Assembly (NCBI GenBank): GCA_949358305.1
Contig: OX442314.1
Location: forward strand, 30,628,001 to 30,692,000
Reading direction: 5' to 3'
Source of the DNA: Strigamia acuminata
Lineage: Eukaryota
DNA length: 64,000 nucleotides
Shown here: positions 24,136 to 38,000 of the stretch, in pieces
Layout: each line of letters starts with the position of its first letter
Numbering within the stretch: the stretch's first letter is position 1
The notes under the pieces: model-generated
The model's database searches: none
What the model was told of the DNA's origin: nothing
The model's input: only the letters and a program-made list of their open reading frames with translations
Translations under genes and position numbers: made by a program

Positions 24136-27100
24136 TCAGTAGTTGAACACATTGAATAGCACAGCAAACATAGTACAAGCTGCATAAACACTTAGTGCAA
24201 CCCACCAGATCCACTGCTCTTTGAGTTTCTGTTCAAAATTTTTTAACACTAAGAGTCCAACGGTCAATCCAGCCATGGCACCAGTTAGATGAGCTACATA
24301 GCTGACAGGAGGCCCATTGTGCTGGCTTGCGTAGCGATTGTACACGGCAAATCCAACATCAGCACTAGCTGCACAAGAACACACACAAAGAAGAATAATT
24401 CATCAAGCATTTATTTCTTCGCTGCTTTTCCGTACCTACCGATTAAAAATATGCTGACTAGCCTTGCTAAACCAAATTCCATTTGATTGTAATTCTGAAA
24501 GTAAAAAAATTGTCATAGAAAAAATTAGTAAATTAGCCAACAGAGACACAGGTTTAGTTATTATTATAGCTTTATTGTTGTCTAGGGGTATGATAGGGGT
24601 CTCAGGTGTATTTCCCAATGCGATGACTGGGTTACAGCCATTCCTAACAAGACTGCGTGGTAGGTTCTGCTAGGCGTTAGACGGGAACTGGAACTTGAAG
24701 AATTAGCTCCGCCCACCCGTTGCTGTTGTCTCAAACGACGTCTGGATCGGCCATTACACGTAGCTATACTCTTGTTCGACTCAAGAGTGTACCCTTCTCC
24801 CATTGGCCGACGTATCACTGGTGTAGTGATCCAAAAATGTAGTAACAATAATAATACAAATAAGAACTACTTCTCCTAGTAGTAGTAATACCATAGATTC
24901 TTTGCTCTATGGTAATACAGACTGGAGTTAGGAGTAATGCGGCTCGGCCAATGGGAGAAGGGTACACTCTTGAGTCGAACAAGAGTATAACAACAAAGCC
25001 TATGCGCTTAACTTGAAACTTAGCTCTGCCTCCATGACGTCAGAACAAAAAGTGATGACGTTTCGCGTCAGTCGTTCGGTTTAAACGCCTAGCAGAACCT
25101 ATCTAATAAGTTTGACTATGTTTGAACTACTTACCAATAAAATATTGCTTAGATGAGCAGCTAAAAGTGCGTATACTCCGCCCGATGCACCAACTAAGTA
25201 ACCGTCACTATCAAACACTGATGTACCTAAAGAACCTACAGTGTTTCAAATGTTAATATGGACAATTCATCATTTTGGATTTGTTTCGTTTGAACCTGCT
25301 AAAACTCCTGCCATGTACACAGTCCCTATTCTTAGTGTTCCGTGAACCATTTCCAACGGCAGGCCAATCATTATTTGCACAAGCAGATTAAATATTAAGT
25401 GTATCCATCTGCAAAAATAGTGTGTTGATTAACCTTCCCATAGCCAAGCCTAGTTTCCACCATTGCTAGCTAAGGTCGGTCAAATCGGCCTTCTTTTAAA
25501 ATGCTTCTGCGCATGTGCAGAATCACATTTTTCCTGGTGCAATCGCATTTTTCCTGGTAAAAGCACATGTTTTAGGACTAATTTTAATACGCCACCTAGT
25601 GCAAACAGATGGCAAAGCAGTGTACGGCGCTCCCATTAAGGGTGTTTTATGTTATAAATATTAAATTATCTTAATAATAATTGAAAAACTATTTGTATTT
25701 AGACATTATAAAATAAGAAAAAAAAGTTTTTGAGGAATACAAGTTAACCTCATTAATTAATTATCAGAAAAAAAAGAATTACATTGATTTTTCCACTTCT
25801 GTAATTTTTTTGACCTACCATGGCTATGGGAAGGTTAATGGAACCTATCTATCTAAAACAGTGGTTCCCAAACTTTTTCTGTTTGCTTACCCTGCATGCA
25901 AGACCATGTAGAATAAATATCTCCAAATTTCAGTACGTTTATCCGGTCGATATACAAACAAACTATTAATTGGAACTGGCCCTGATGCAGTTACCTCACC
26001 TTGGTTCACTGTGTAGAAGGTAAAAAAACCTAACTGAAAAAATAGGCAAATAAATGACTGGAATTACAGGCGTCTATTTTGCATAGCTAACCTCAACTAA
26101 AGTCATGATTACAACAAATAGTGGTGGAGGACAACAGGTGTAGTTATCCGTATAATATTTTCTATTTCGACCGGCAGGAACAAATTCTTCGGCAATGAAT
26201 TTCACCATTTTTCGAATAAAAGATGTTTCAGGTACAATCAAATGAAAATCCGTTTCGCTCCAAACCTCTCGGTCTCTGTGGTGAACAGCTATTTTGAAAC
26301 TGCGTGTTCGTTTACCACTCATCTGTATTAATGTTTAAGAAGTTGTTGTAAAATGGGCCAAAAGGTTATTGGGAGTGACAAGAATCAATAGAAAATTGCA
26401 TTTGCTATTATTAGATCAAATGGAGGTGCAAATTTGGAAATTTGGAATTTGGAATTTGATTTAGAGGGAAGACACTAGGGAGTTACAGCTGACGAAAGTG
26501 AAATTGAAGAAAGTATTGATTAAAATATTTCCATTATTGAAATTGTTTTATATTTTGTTAGGATTCTTCAAAAAGAATTTTTTTAAAAAGTTTTAGTGAA
26601 TAAATTTGATGATATTCAAGAATTTTCAACAAATACCAGACAGAAGTTGAATGATTTTATACTAAACAGTATATACAGTACTTACCACATTGACAAAATC
26701 TTGAAAAGTGATAGCGTTTGTTTTGCTCTGCTCGGCTTTTTCCGCTAGCAATTCCCTTTTCTTTGGATCTACTTCGGATTGAAACTCAGGACTACTTAAT
26801 GCACAGAGGAAATCAGGCCAAGGAATTTCTCCAAAACCTTCTGGATCAAACTATATATTTTAAAAAAAAAATGTTTAATTAGAAAAGTTGCAAAGTTTTA
26901 TTTATTTTTATTTATCTATATTTTTGGCTTTCTTTTTTGAGTTTTTGAAAAAAATGTTTTATTTAATTCTATTTTTTTTCCTCCAAAAAATTATTTATAA
27001 AGAACCGTGGTAAAAAGATTCGCCGTAAGAAAAAAATGTTGAGATAAATTGTTACTGCGGGAGATGGTGAAAGCGGAAGCGTTATATTGGTCGCTGTATA

Positions 27101-29143
27101 CTGCGTCGTTGTGGTAGTTTGAGTTGCAGCAGGTCATGCCCCTAGGGCATCAGTGAAAGAAACAGGAATATTTTTCCATAGCTGCTTAGTGAGCGGTGCT
27201 GTATGCTCCCAAAAGGCCCCAGAGATTTATTTCCAAATGTCCAGGGCTTTGTATTCAAAAGTGCCCAAAGCTTTATTCCCTTTCGTTCCTGGGACTTTAG
27301 TTTCTGGCTTTCATTACTGCCTTTATTTTATTCCCAAAAGTTTCTGGGGCCTTATTGTAATCCCAAAAGTTCCTGGGGCCTTATTGTAATCCCAAAAGTT
27401 CTTGGGGCCTTATTGTAATCCCAAAAGTTCCTGGGGCCTTATTGTAATCCCAAAAGTTCAGGGACTTTGTTTTATTCCCAATAGTTCCTGGGGGTTTATT
27501 CCCAATAGTTCCTAGGGCTTTATTCCTAATAGTTCCTGAGGCTTTATTCCCAATAGTTCCTGGGGCTTTATTCCCAATAGTTCCTAGGGCTTTATTCCTA
27601 ATAGTTCCCGGGCTTTATTCCTAATAGTTCTCGGGCTTTATTTCCAATAGTTCCCGAGGCTTTATTTCCAATAGTTCCTGGGGCTTTATTCCCAATAGTT
27701 CCTAGGGCTTTATTCCTAATAGTTCCCGGGCTTTATTCCTAATAGTTCTCGGGCTTTATTTCCAATAGTTCCTGAGGCTTTATTCCCAATAGTTCCTGGG
27801 GCTTTATTCTCAATAGTTCCTAGGGCTTTATTCCTAATAGTTCCCGGGCTTTATTCCTAATAGTTCTCGGGCTTTATTTCCAATAGTTCCCGAGGCTTTA
27901 TTTCCAATAGTTCCCAGGGCTTTATTTTCAATAGTTCCCAGGGCTTTATTTTCAATAGTTCCTGGGGCTTTATTCCGAATAGTTCCTGGGGCTTTAATCC
28001 TAATAGTTCTTGGGGCTTTATTCCAAATAGTTCTCGGGCTTTATTCCCAATAGTTCCCGGGGCTTTATTCCCGCCAATAGTTCCCTGGGGCTTTAATCCT
28101 AATAGTTCCCTGGGGTTTTAATCCTAATAGTTTCCTGGGGCTTTATTCCTAATAGTTTCCTGGGGCTTTATTCCTAATAGTTCCTGAGGCTTTATTCCGA
28201 ATAGTTCCCGGGCTTTATTTCCAATAGTTCCCGGGGCTTTATTCCGAATAGTTCCCGTGGCTTTATTCCCAATAGTTCCTGTGGCTTTAGTCCCAAAAGT
28301 GCCATAGACCAGCATTTCTAATAATGGTGCTCCGGGGACCAGTGGTGGTCCGCGAGTAAGAGGCTGCCAGTCTGCCACTTAACGGTTGAAATGCAAAGAT
28401 TATGTAGGATTAGTGGAGCCAGGTTAAAATAAGTTTGGTACTTTAGGCAAAATGTAATACATGATATCGGTCGGTAAAACATTGGGACAAAATATGATAC
28501 TGGTCCGTAACACATTACGACAAAAAATACTGGTCCGCTACATTACATATTTTGACAAGTGCTACCGTAGTCTCCAATTGGCTCAATAAACCTCTACACA
28601 GTCCAAAAATAGGGACTACACTTCCATTTACCCCTTAAAAGCACCTCCTGCGCCCCCTGTAAATTCACGTCTCCATTTAGCCCCTCCCCTTCACACACTT
28701 TGAATGGCATCCATTAAAAACAATGAATGTGCTGGAAAGCGTATTCATAAATTGCCATTATATCCCAGCTCACAATTGAACACGCTTTCAATTTTGCAAG
28801 CCAATTCTGAAAAGTAATAAAACTTGTTATGATCTATATTTGCTTGCAAACCATTGTCAGATCGAAACGACAAAAAGAAAAAAACAATGATAATAAAAGC
28901 TGAAATTTCTATTACAAGTACCTTATCAAACAGTTGCCTCCATTTCTATCAATGCAAGCATGAAAGCAAAATTGTGTAAAAATGCAAATTTCCAGCCAGG
29001 GTTAATTACATCGTAATATTTTATTCATAGTTGCCAAAACTTACGTCGTTTAACAGGTCATGCAGCACGTCTTGCATGTCATTTTCAAAATCAATTGCGG
29101 CCTCGTCCATGGCATTTCTGCCCATAATTTGCGATTCGATCAT
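24136..29143 (-). CDS. Rhomboid intramembrane serine protease with N-terminal EF-hand-like region (RHBDL/stet-like), ~9 coding exons
   Basis: [45 protein letters not shown], catalytic [12 protein letters not shown] and [21 protein letters not shown]. Confidence 0.92.
24661..25101. mobile_element. MITE with 18-bp TIRs containing a nested element with 46-bp TIRs (24765-24989)
   Basis: TAGGTTCTGCTAGGCGTT / AACGCCTAGCAGAACCTA outer pair; perfect 46-bp inner inverted pair at 24765-24810 and 24944-24989, bounded by TA. Confidence 0.75.
25433..25834. mobile_element. piggyBac-like MITE
   Basis: TTAA on both sides (25429-25432, 25835-25838) and 14-bp TIRs CCTTCCCATAGCCA / TGGCTATGGGAAGG. Confidence 0.75.
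27330..28300. repeat. Intronic minisatellite, 29-bp then 23/24-bp units (GCTTTATTCCCAATAGTTCCTGGG)
   Basis: About 40 copies read directly. Confidence 0.95.
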
Positions 29144-32085
29144 GTTTATTCGGGTTTTTATTACAAAAGACGCTTTTTCTTGGCTCTACTGGCTACTCTC
29201 AGCACCCAAAATTCAGAATAAACCTTTCCCATGACAAATCACCTAAAAATTGAACGAAAAAAATGATTTTTACTTCAAATAATCAAAATTGTATTAATTC
29301 CTCTCGACTGTCAAGCGCAGCGCTCTTATCTGTGTTCTGTGTGTTAATTCAAGCATGATAAAGTGCGGGGGGAAAATCGGGAGAAAAAAAAATCGAACTG
29401 AGTGCTTTTAATTTAGTTAGGAATTAATTTACCAAAAAAAAAAAATTAAATTCAAACAAATATATTTTTATATATATAATTTTTTTTTTCTTTGAGAAAT
29501 TTTTTTCTTCTATCTTATTAAAGCGCTCCAACTTAATAATTAAAAAAGGTAATTACAATTTGCGTTCAACTTGTAGCCCACGCCTACATCATCACTTAAT
29601 TAAAGCAAATACTGCCTTCAGTACACACCAAGCACATCAAAACCTCGCCAAGAAAATCATTCCGTTCAATGTTTAATGTCCCAAGGTGCAATTCATCATA
29701 ATCGTCGCCATTTTTTAGCATTTTGTGACGTCAGAGTTATGAAAACGCGCAAAAAAATCACTTTTCACTTATTTTTTGCGTCTAAAAACTCTAAAAATCA
29801 ACTTTTCTACGCTTTAAATCACATTTCGTACGTTGTAAATCTAAAAGTTAAAACTATTCTAATAACACGCGGCGTATGTGTATCCATTTCATTAAGGCTC
29901 CCGTCGCCCGGCTTATAATGAGTCACACGGCACATGATTCACTTTAGTCCCCTTTCATGAATCATCCCAGAATTGTATTATCTCCACACACACAAATAAT
30001 TAAGCTTGATATATTACACAGAAGCATGTTTGTTTGTCCAGCAAAAAGCTTTCTTAATGGACAAACCCAAGACAAATTAAAGTGCACAACAACCTGGAGG
30101 ATATACGTGCAAAAAACAAAAAAACAAAATTTCCCAAATTTTTTTTTATTTTTCATTTCCCCACCTCTCCAAAATCGATGACAAAAATTTCCCCGTCTTA
30201 AGTTTCCACAAACACAAATTAACGCCATTATTCCAGTCCGAATTCTAATCCCATTCCACTGTTTTCACCACATTAACCCCCTCGTAGTACAAAGCGCGCT
30301 TCACCGCACGCCTCGCAAAAAGTGAACGTTTTATTATCCGCTTTAAAATTCTTATAAATCTTCCCCACCCCCCCAAAAAAAAAAAAAAAAAAAAAATTTT
30401 AATTATTTAAAAAGCTTTTTTTTTACTTTACTTAATTCCCCCCCTCAGTAAAACTTACCTCGACAACACTACATCAGAACTTCAATCCGTTGAAGCCGCT
30501 CATTCCGTCCGCTTATGCACTACTTGCAGATTCGAAACGATATTTCTCATTAATGGAGATTCGATCAAAATCTACGAGATGTTTGCTTACCCCCAGCAGC
30601 ACGAAGGAGCGGAATGTTGGTGCGTGTGTGTGTGTGTGTCCGCGCGCTACACGTTTGCTCGTCTGCACGAAAACATCTGCAATGGCAAAAAGGTATTTGC
30701 GACTGCAGCAGTACTCCTGGCATGCCCGGACAGTAAAACAAGATTTGCTTGACAGTAATCAAGAACGTAAAGTAAATCACATAGCATAATGCAGCATCTG
30801 GAATCTGCGCTCACACAGCCAGCTGATGAACGTGATGGGTCAAACACTGGTGCCTCGCGGGCCATCTGCAAATGACGTCATTTTGATGCGCAATCGCGAC
30901 GGCAGATGTCCTCGCAGTGCCTTATGTAATAAATCGATAGAAATACATAATTCTCATGTAAATGTCACGGATTGTCCAATTTATTAGGAGATGTAAAATG
31001 GAATTAGAAACAGGTCGTGATTGCCGCGGATGTCTCCTACCAGGAAATATTAAGCGATCTAGAATAAACGTAAGAGTTTTAAATCGGTGTGACATCTAAA
31101 TCAATGTGCATTTGACTTGGCACGAGTGTGTGCTTTCATATTCGATACGGGATTTAATCTGTGATGATTTATTTCAATTTTTGCCACTAGAGTATCTGTG
31201 TGATGTGTTGTGTCACGCGTGTCTGGTATTGGACACGAGGAGATTAGAAAAGCGGTTTGTATTGCTTGATTTTGGCGATAATTCTTCTCAAAATCCATAA
31301 TATGTGCATTTATTCGGAGTTTTATGTGCTAATATATATATATTTTAAAATTCTAACTTAATTTAACCCTTAAAAATATGTATTTCTAATTTAAATTCAG
31401 GTTATTGTTTTATTTATGAGTATAATCACCGTTCTTTATAATTAGCGGTGTAAAGTGCAACTCCCGTGGGAAAACCTGATAGTTTTCATGTGTCGGTGAG
31501 ATGTCGGAGAAAAAGTAAAATACTGCTCTGTGGAATCTCCATAAAAAAATGAAATATTAAATATTTTTGATTTGTTGTCATTTTATTTTATTACTGTAAA
31601 AACTGGCGTTCGTAGAAGAAACTAGACAACACTTAGCCACATTTGATTGTAAGTTCTATCAACGGCATTCAGAGGTCGTACGGGTTCGAGTGGAATAGCG
31701 CGGTGTAGTGCGGAGAAGTCGACGTGCAGGAGGAGTTTTTGAGCGATATTGGATGACGCGTGACCGGAAGTGCTGTAAAAGTGTCATAAATTGTCTAATT
31801 TTACCCTTTGTTCCCTCGAATTTGTATTTGCGACCCCCAGAAATTACGATAAACTTGTTCTTAACCTAAAAAGGCATGTTTTATTTCGAGGATCCAGAAA
31901 ATAAGTAAAATCAGTAATTACACACAGTTTTGATCAGAAAACTTTTAAAATTACGCCGTATATTTTACAATTAATTTATCATCGATTGATTGACAGGGCA
32001 CCCGAAATTTTGCTCGAATCTATTTAAATCTAAAAAAAAAAAATATTTTTATACGAGTATTAACGTAAATTGTAGATAATTTGAT

Positions 32086-34658
32086 TCAAATATGAAAAGG
32101 TTTGCATTCTGGCAAAGGCGAACTCCATTTGTTCGGTTCGTTGCACTGTAAACGTTGAGTACCGTGAATAGTGTGACCACTATTGCACATAACGGTCACC
32201 CATTCACCCATATCAAAAAACTCCGTCGACGGCGATGTGCGGCCTTGCACGGGGTCGCCTGGATGCCTACATTTTGGCTGACCTGCAATACACGCGTAAA
32301 ATAAAAATCTCTTCCTCTCCCGCAATTAAAAATTCCCCTACAAATAGGTGGCGCGTGCGACCAATTTCCACTGATTAAACACTTCAAGACATCGGATTCG
32401 CCGACCATGTTGTGTCCAATGTCGCATATGTATTTAACCTGCGACTCCGCCTTATAAATCCCATTATCAATAATTCGTCCGTTCGATGGCGGCACTGGCG
32501 CTTCACAAAAAACTTCTAAAAATTAGAATTTAAAAAATTTAAATTTAAAAAAAAAAAAAAAAATTTAATTTAAAAAATACAATACCTTCGCAAATTGGCA
32601 TCACGTCGGACCAATTCCCATATAAACAAAGAATGACGTCCGAGCCAATCAGACGGAAGCCTTTGGGACAGCTAAAAGTGGCGATCCCTTTGTGCGACAC
32701 ATTCTGAGATTCAATTTTTAAATGCAATTCTTCAGCAACTAAGTTTGCACACTGAAGAGCTAAAAAGGCACAAATACAACGTCGCTTGAAGGAAAGAATA
32801 TTTTCTTTTTCAAATCATTTATTAACTATGACAGAGGGGAAAATCGTGCGACCACTTTCCAGTCCACAGACACGTGATTTCTTCGGATCCGACTAAAATG
32901 CTTCCGTCAACGCAAGAGAACCTGGCACGGTGGTTGATTTTTGTGCCCTCAAACGCCACGTTTTGGCCGGCTTCGTTGCTTTTGATTTCCGGGCATTCAA
33001 CAGCTGTAAAAGATGGCATTGTGAGCAAATTTCGTGTAACGCCGTGCAGTGTTACCTTTTACACGAATGGAAACACTGTTGGAACTTCCTTTGGGGGTGG
33101 TACAAGTATAAACTCCGCTGTCATAATTTTTAGCATAGTAAAGCGACAAACGATATTTCCAATCTTTTTCGTGAAATGGAACTGCCCATCCCATTGGATA
33201 CTGTCTGCAAGGAAATATTTCAATATATTTTTAGTAACGAGAAGGGGAAAAAAATATATATATAAATGCTCAGCTGCAAAGCCAAGGGGCAGCAACAAAG
33301 ATTATGAAAATTGCTTAGCTGGAAAGCCAACGGGCAGCAACAAGAAAAACAATTCTTATGGAAATGCTTAGCAGTAAAGTTAAGGAGCAGCAACAAGTTA
33401 ATGAAAATGCTTGGCTGTGATGCCAAGGGGCAGCAACATTTTCAAAATTCTAAACAATACTGCTAAGGGGCAGCAACAGTAAATGCAAATGCTTAGCAGT
33501 GAAGCCAAAAGACAGAAAATAAAATATTTAAAAAATATTTTTATTTTAAACCTGTAACTTGGAGTCCAGGACCAATAAGGATTGCCTTCTTGTCTCCTAT
33601 AAAAACAATCTAAATGCACTATACTCCCAGGATACACCACAAGTTCTCCCGTATCGGTTGGTGCTGCGCTGCCTTGAGGAAGTTGATATATTATAGTTGG
33701 TGGAGAATATGCTACGCGTAAATATATTTCTAAATAAATTTTAAAAAATATCAATTTGTAATGTTATTCACCTGAGAAATTAGTTAAGTAAGTAGTGGGA
33801 ATGCAGACGGGTAGGCGTCGATCCCACTGACCGTTTCGACACCTCAGTGTGGAATTGCCGACAAATTTGAAAATTCCTATCTGCCTGCATCTCATGTTGA
33901 GCAGAGTGCCGTGTGCAAGTTGCACGTCCCATTGCGGTTCGAACTTCTGGCCGTTGTAAAAAAATATTACGTCGCTAGGCACGTGCTCCAGACTGCAGTG
34001 GCGAAGCATCGGCTGGAATCGACCGCCGTCTTCTTCGATGCTGCACAGCGGGCCGAGCCAGTTTCCGTTGACACATTTGATCTTGCAGATGCGTTTTTGT
34101 TCCACGGGTCCGACAATGGCTAGAAATTGCACTTCTTGGACGCCGGAGAAGTTGAAGTTCTTCAGATTTGCTTCTGTCGCTACTTCGCGCAGAACTGCTG
34201 GAAATCTGCAGCCCGTGGTCGGATCGACCGGCCAATCTTTAAAATTAAATATTAATTAGTATTTTTCAATTTTTCCATTTTTCAATTTTTGTAATTTTTC
34301 TATTTTTGTAATTTTTCAATTTTTCAATTTTTCAATTTTCCAATTTTTCTATTTTTCAATTTTTAAATTTTTGTAATTTTGTAATTTTTGTAATTTTGTA
34401 ATTTTTGTAATTTTTCAATTTTTGTAATTTTTCAATTTTTCTAATTTTTCAATTTTTGTAATTTTCCAATTTTTGTAATTTTCCAATTTTTGTAATTTTT
34501 GTAATTTTTGTAATTTTTAAAATTTTAAAATTTTAAAATTTTCAATTTCTCAATTTCTCAATTTCTCAATTTTCTATTCTCTTACCTGAGTCATCTGTGC
34601 TGTGCGGGTAAGCCACCCTGCAAATACTCAAAATCACACACAATTCTAAATATTTCAT
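32086..34658 (-). CDS. hig: Hikaru genki-like secreted Ig + Sushi/CCP protein
   Basis: Signal peptide MKYLELCVILSICRVAYP; CKIKCVNGNWLGPLC; Ig domain PGSIVHLDC..W..YRLSL..DSGVYTC; four C-terminal CCP repeats (FSC..G..L.G..I.C..G.WS..P.C). Confidence 0.8.
33262..33512. repeat. Degenerate ~45-bp intronic repeat (AAATGCTTAGC..GCCAAGGGGCAGCAACA)
   Basis: 5-6 diverged copies. Confidence 0.75.
34260..34575. repeat. Intronic 8-10-bp low-complexity array (TTTTTGTAA/TTTTTCAA)
   Basis: Direct observation. Confidence 0.9.
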
Positions 34659-34954
34659 CCTATCAAAACAGATATGTTAGCTTGCTTAATGCAAAGAAAC
34701 CAAGCTTTGTTAAGAGTAACTCATCACTGAAATTGTGGGAACACATCCACTAACGTCTTTCAACCTCCGATCAACCCCACCATGTTGTGACACAACCTAC
34801 ACTCTACCAGCAGAATATGGAAGCTTGACACCACAACGCTTCCAATAGAATAAGGATTCGATTTAAATTTTCGATTCCTATATAAAATTAGCAATTGACT
34901 CGAAAAGTGACAGCAAAAAAACTTTTTAATGCCAAGAATTTTTTTAAAAATGTA

Positions 34955-34970
34955 AATAATAATAATAATA

Positions 34971-35032
<62 letters not shown>

Positions 35033-35045
35033 TAATAATAATAAT
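34955..35045. repeat. (AAT)n microsatellite
   Basis: Direct observation. Confidence 0.95.
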
Positions 35046-35078
35046 TTTATTTGCTAAATTAATATTTTCTACTTCATT

Positions 35079-38000
35079 TTAATCTTCGGCTGTATCGGAT
35101 AACTTTTCTTTTCTTTTCACTTCACTTTCCTTGAACATATTAATAACACGATGAAATTCCTTCTCGGCGGCTGGAAACGGGTCAGGTGGTGGCGGAGGCT
35201 GAAATCCAAACACAAATCGAAAATCAATCAAACCAGATTAAAACCAACAAAAACCAACTTCCGGTTCCGGTTCTTTCGGCACTGCTCGACTCCTAACTCT
35301 CAACTCGCGGTACTTTCCTTCCAAAGTCTTCTCACGCCTCACTTCTCGTTCAAACGACTAAAAATCAAAAACAAAAAACAAAATTAACTTTTTCGCCTCA
35401 AAAACCGCAAGAGAAACACGAGAGGCGCGAGAGCTGCACAAGTGCATTGTTGTTGCAGGGCAGTGATCAGCCTGCAGGGGGTGTCTGAAAGTTCGGACGT
35501 AGTAAGGAAACCATGTTAGAAACTTACGGCAAGAAAAACAGATTTTTCCTGTTTTGTAGCCATGTAAAGCGAATCTGAGATCTCGAGCAGACTCACTGAC
35601 CCCTCGACCGACCCAGTGGCAAACAGTCTTCCAGATTCGTGCATCCGAATGGACCTCAACGGTTCATCGGTCACTTTGATGTTAAGTGTTGGTTCTTTCT
35701 GCTTAAACATCAGGTCCCATGCTTCCACAGTTCCTGCGGATGTTGTGACGAAAAATACGGACGGTCTTGAATGGTTCCAGCATCCACTTAGCAAAGGATA
35801 TTGACTTTGCCTACAATTACAAATTTTAATTAAATAATCGATTAATTTAAAAAAAAAATTATTGCTACTTTGTCCATATTAAAGATGCATCTCTGACATC
35901 CTCAGAATACACCTTGAAAGAAACATTAATTTCATTTCTGCCATTTTCACAGTTTTACAATTTCCCAGTTGAGTTGTGAATTCAAAAGTGAACTAGAAAC
36001 AGTCAAAAGTGGTTTTAAGTGTTTTTTGTGCGTTTGATTTTGTTTTTGTATTTTTAACGTCACAAAACAGGAACACAAACATCTAACACGACTTTTTGAA
36101 CACCGCTACTGTTTCTAGTACACTTTTGAATTCACAACTCAACTGGGAAACTGGCCAGCCAAGGTAGAAGGGGGCTTAGCCTTCTCTTTTGTTGTTTTCT
36201 CACCCTAGCTGTGTAATCTCCAACAGTGAGAAAATTCTTTAACCCCAAAGGGTTTCTTTGTATGCTGTAGATGGGCCCTGCATGGGCATTCAAGTAAACG
36301 CCGCCCAGTTTCTCTTGTGGCAACTTCCCCTTTCTATTCCCAAGAATAATACTTCCTTGTTCCGTTCCAATCAGAAATTTTGTTTGCTAAAACGACGTTT
36401 TAAAACATTAAATTCACATCAAAAACTGTTTTGTGATTTAGTGTTTACCATGGTCACTTCATACTCCATTGCAGTCGCACCATGAGCTTTGTCCGTGTCA
36501 ACTTCCGGTTTCTTGGTAACGTCTAACACCAGAATTTCGTAGGGCTCGCTCAGTTTTCTGATGTCCCACCATTTAACCTGAAATTGAATAGAATTCAATA
36601 TAGTTTAATTTGTATCTTTTAAATAGAGAGTTTGCGGGATGCATTTTTCCCTTACAGTTAAAGACTATACGGTATAAAAATAGTGTAAGAGAAAAATGAT
36701 AAATTAAGTTTTTGCGGGCTGCACTTTTTCCTTATCACTACACTATTTCAGCCAACTACTAACAGTTAGTAATTTTGGGCCTAAAAATTTAATTTGGGGG
36801 CCTAAATGTGCAAATTTCTGCATAAAATTCCATTATTATGCCTATAAAGTATGGTTTTGGGCCTAAAATTCAATTTTGGGCCTCACTTATCATTCAATCT
36901 ACGTACATATGACTGTGATGTGTTTGATCGGTACAACAAAATTATCGCCATTTGCAATGGGCGGAGCTAACAATATAGTGTTCTCAATTCTGATTGGCCG
37001 CACTATATTTTAATTTAGTGTTGAAAACGATACACTAAAGATTTTTCCCTTACGATATGGCACTAAAATAGTGTAACGTAGAGAAAAATAAGGGAAAAAT
37101 GCATCCCGCAAACTCTCTAATGTTAAACTTTACAACTCCATCAGTAGCCGAAGTAAAACATTCAGTTCCGGTTTTGGACAAAATCCATATTGTATTATAC
37201 ACCGGTTCTTTGTGTGAATGTTCATTTGTCGTGCTGTCCACTGGTAAATTCCCTTTTCTATCGTCCCAAAAGACTAAAAATGACCACAAAAAAAATTTAA
37301 AAAAATTTAAATTTAATTAATTTTTTTTTTTTACCTATTTGTCCATTTTGACATCCGCCAAGAATAATGTGCGGGTCTTTTGGATTATATTCCAGCGAGA
37401 ATATGTGCGACTTGGCCTTCAAAGGCATGTCTGGTTTCTGTGGAAATTCTAACACATTCTTAAAGTCAGAGTCGTACAACTCGAGTGAATTATTAGCCCT
37501 AACCAATATCCCAAATGTAAGATTCCAAATGATCGCTCCATCGTGAGCCTTGGAATATGGTGTTGGCATAGGCGACGGCCATTTTTTGGTCGTTTTCTGG
37601 ATTCCACGATATCTTTCGAACGGTTCGCTTCACTGCAGCAAGATCCCTGTAAACGAACAAAGGTTGGTGATAGGGGGGAACGATGCTTCGCTGCGCAGCT
37701 CGAACCGAAACACGTTGAGACTTCTCGCGCTCGGTGGTTTTTCGGCGCCGGGTTCGGCCGCTATGTCGCTGAAGTAATCTTCGTATATGTTTAACGCGTT
37801 GTTTTGGAGGATGACGTGCTCGACTTTCTGTGGAAGGCGAATGGGAAGATTAGAGAGAAAGGGTTGAAACGAGGTGTGGTGGGGTCTAGGTGATTTGATC
37901 GGTGTTTGTAGTGTTTACCTCGGCTAAACTTAGGACGGTAAAAGCATAGTTTTCATCTTTTTCAACTTTTTTTCTATATCTTGCTATTTGTTCGGGATCT

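Noticed and set aside
31615..31865. Short open frames on the - strand between rhomboid and hig
   Set aside because: No credible start, the putative 32-nt intron is too short for this genome, and no family was recognised; a small gene cannot be excluded.
32283..32341. Non-canonical GA donor in a Hikaru genki-like intron
   Set aside because: A canonical T|GTAGGG donor gives the right phase (PPICQPKC).
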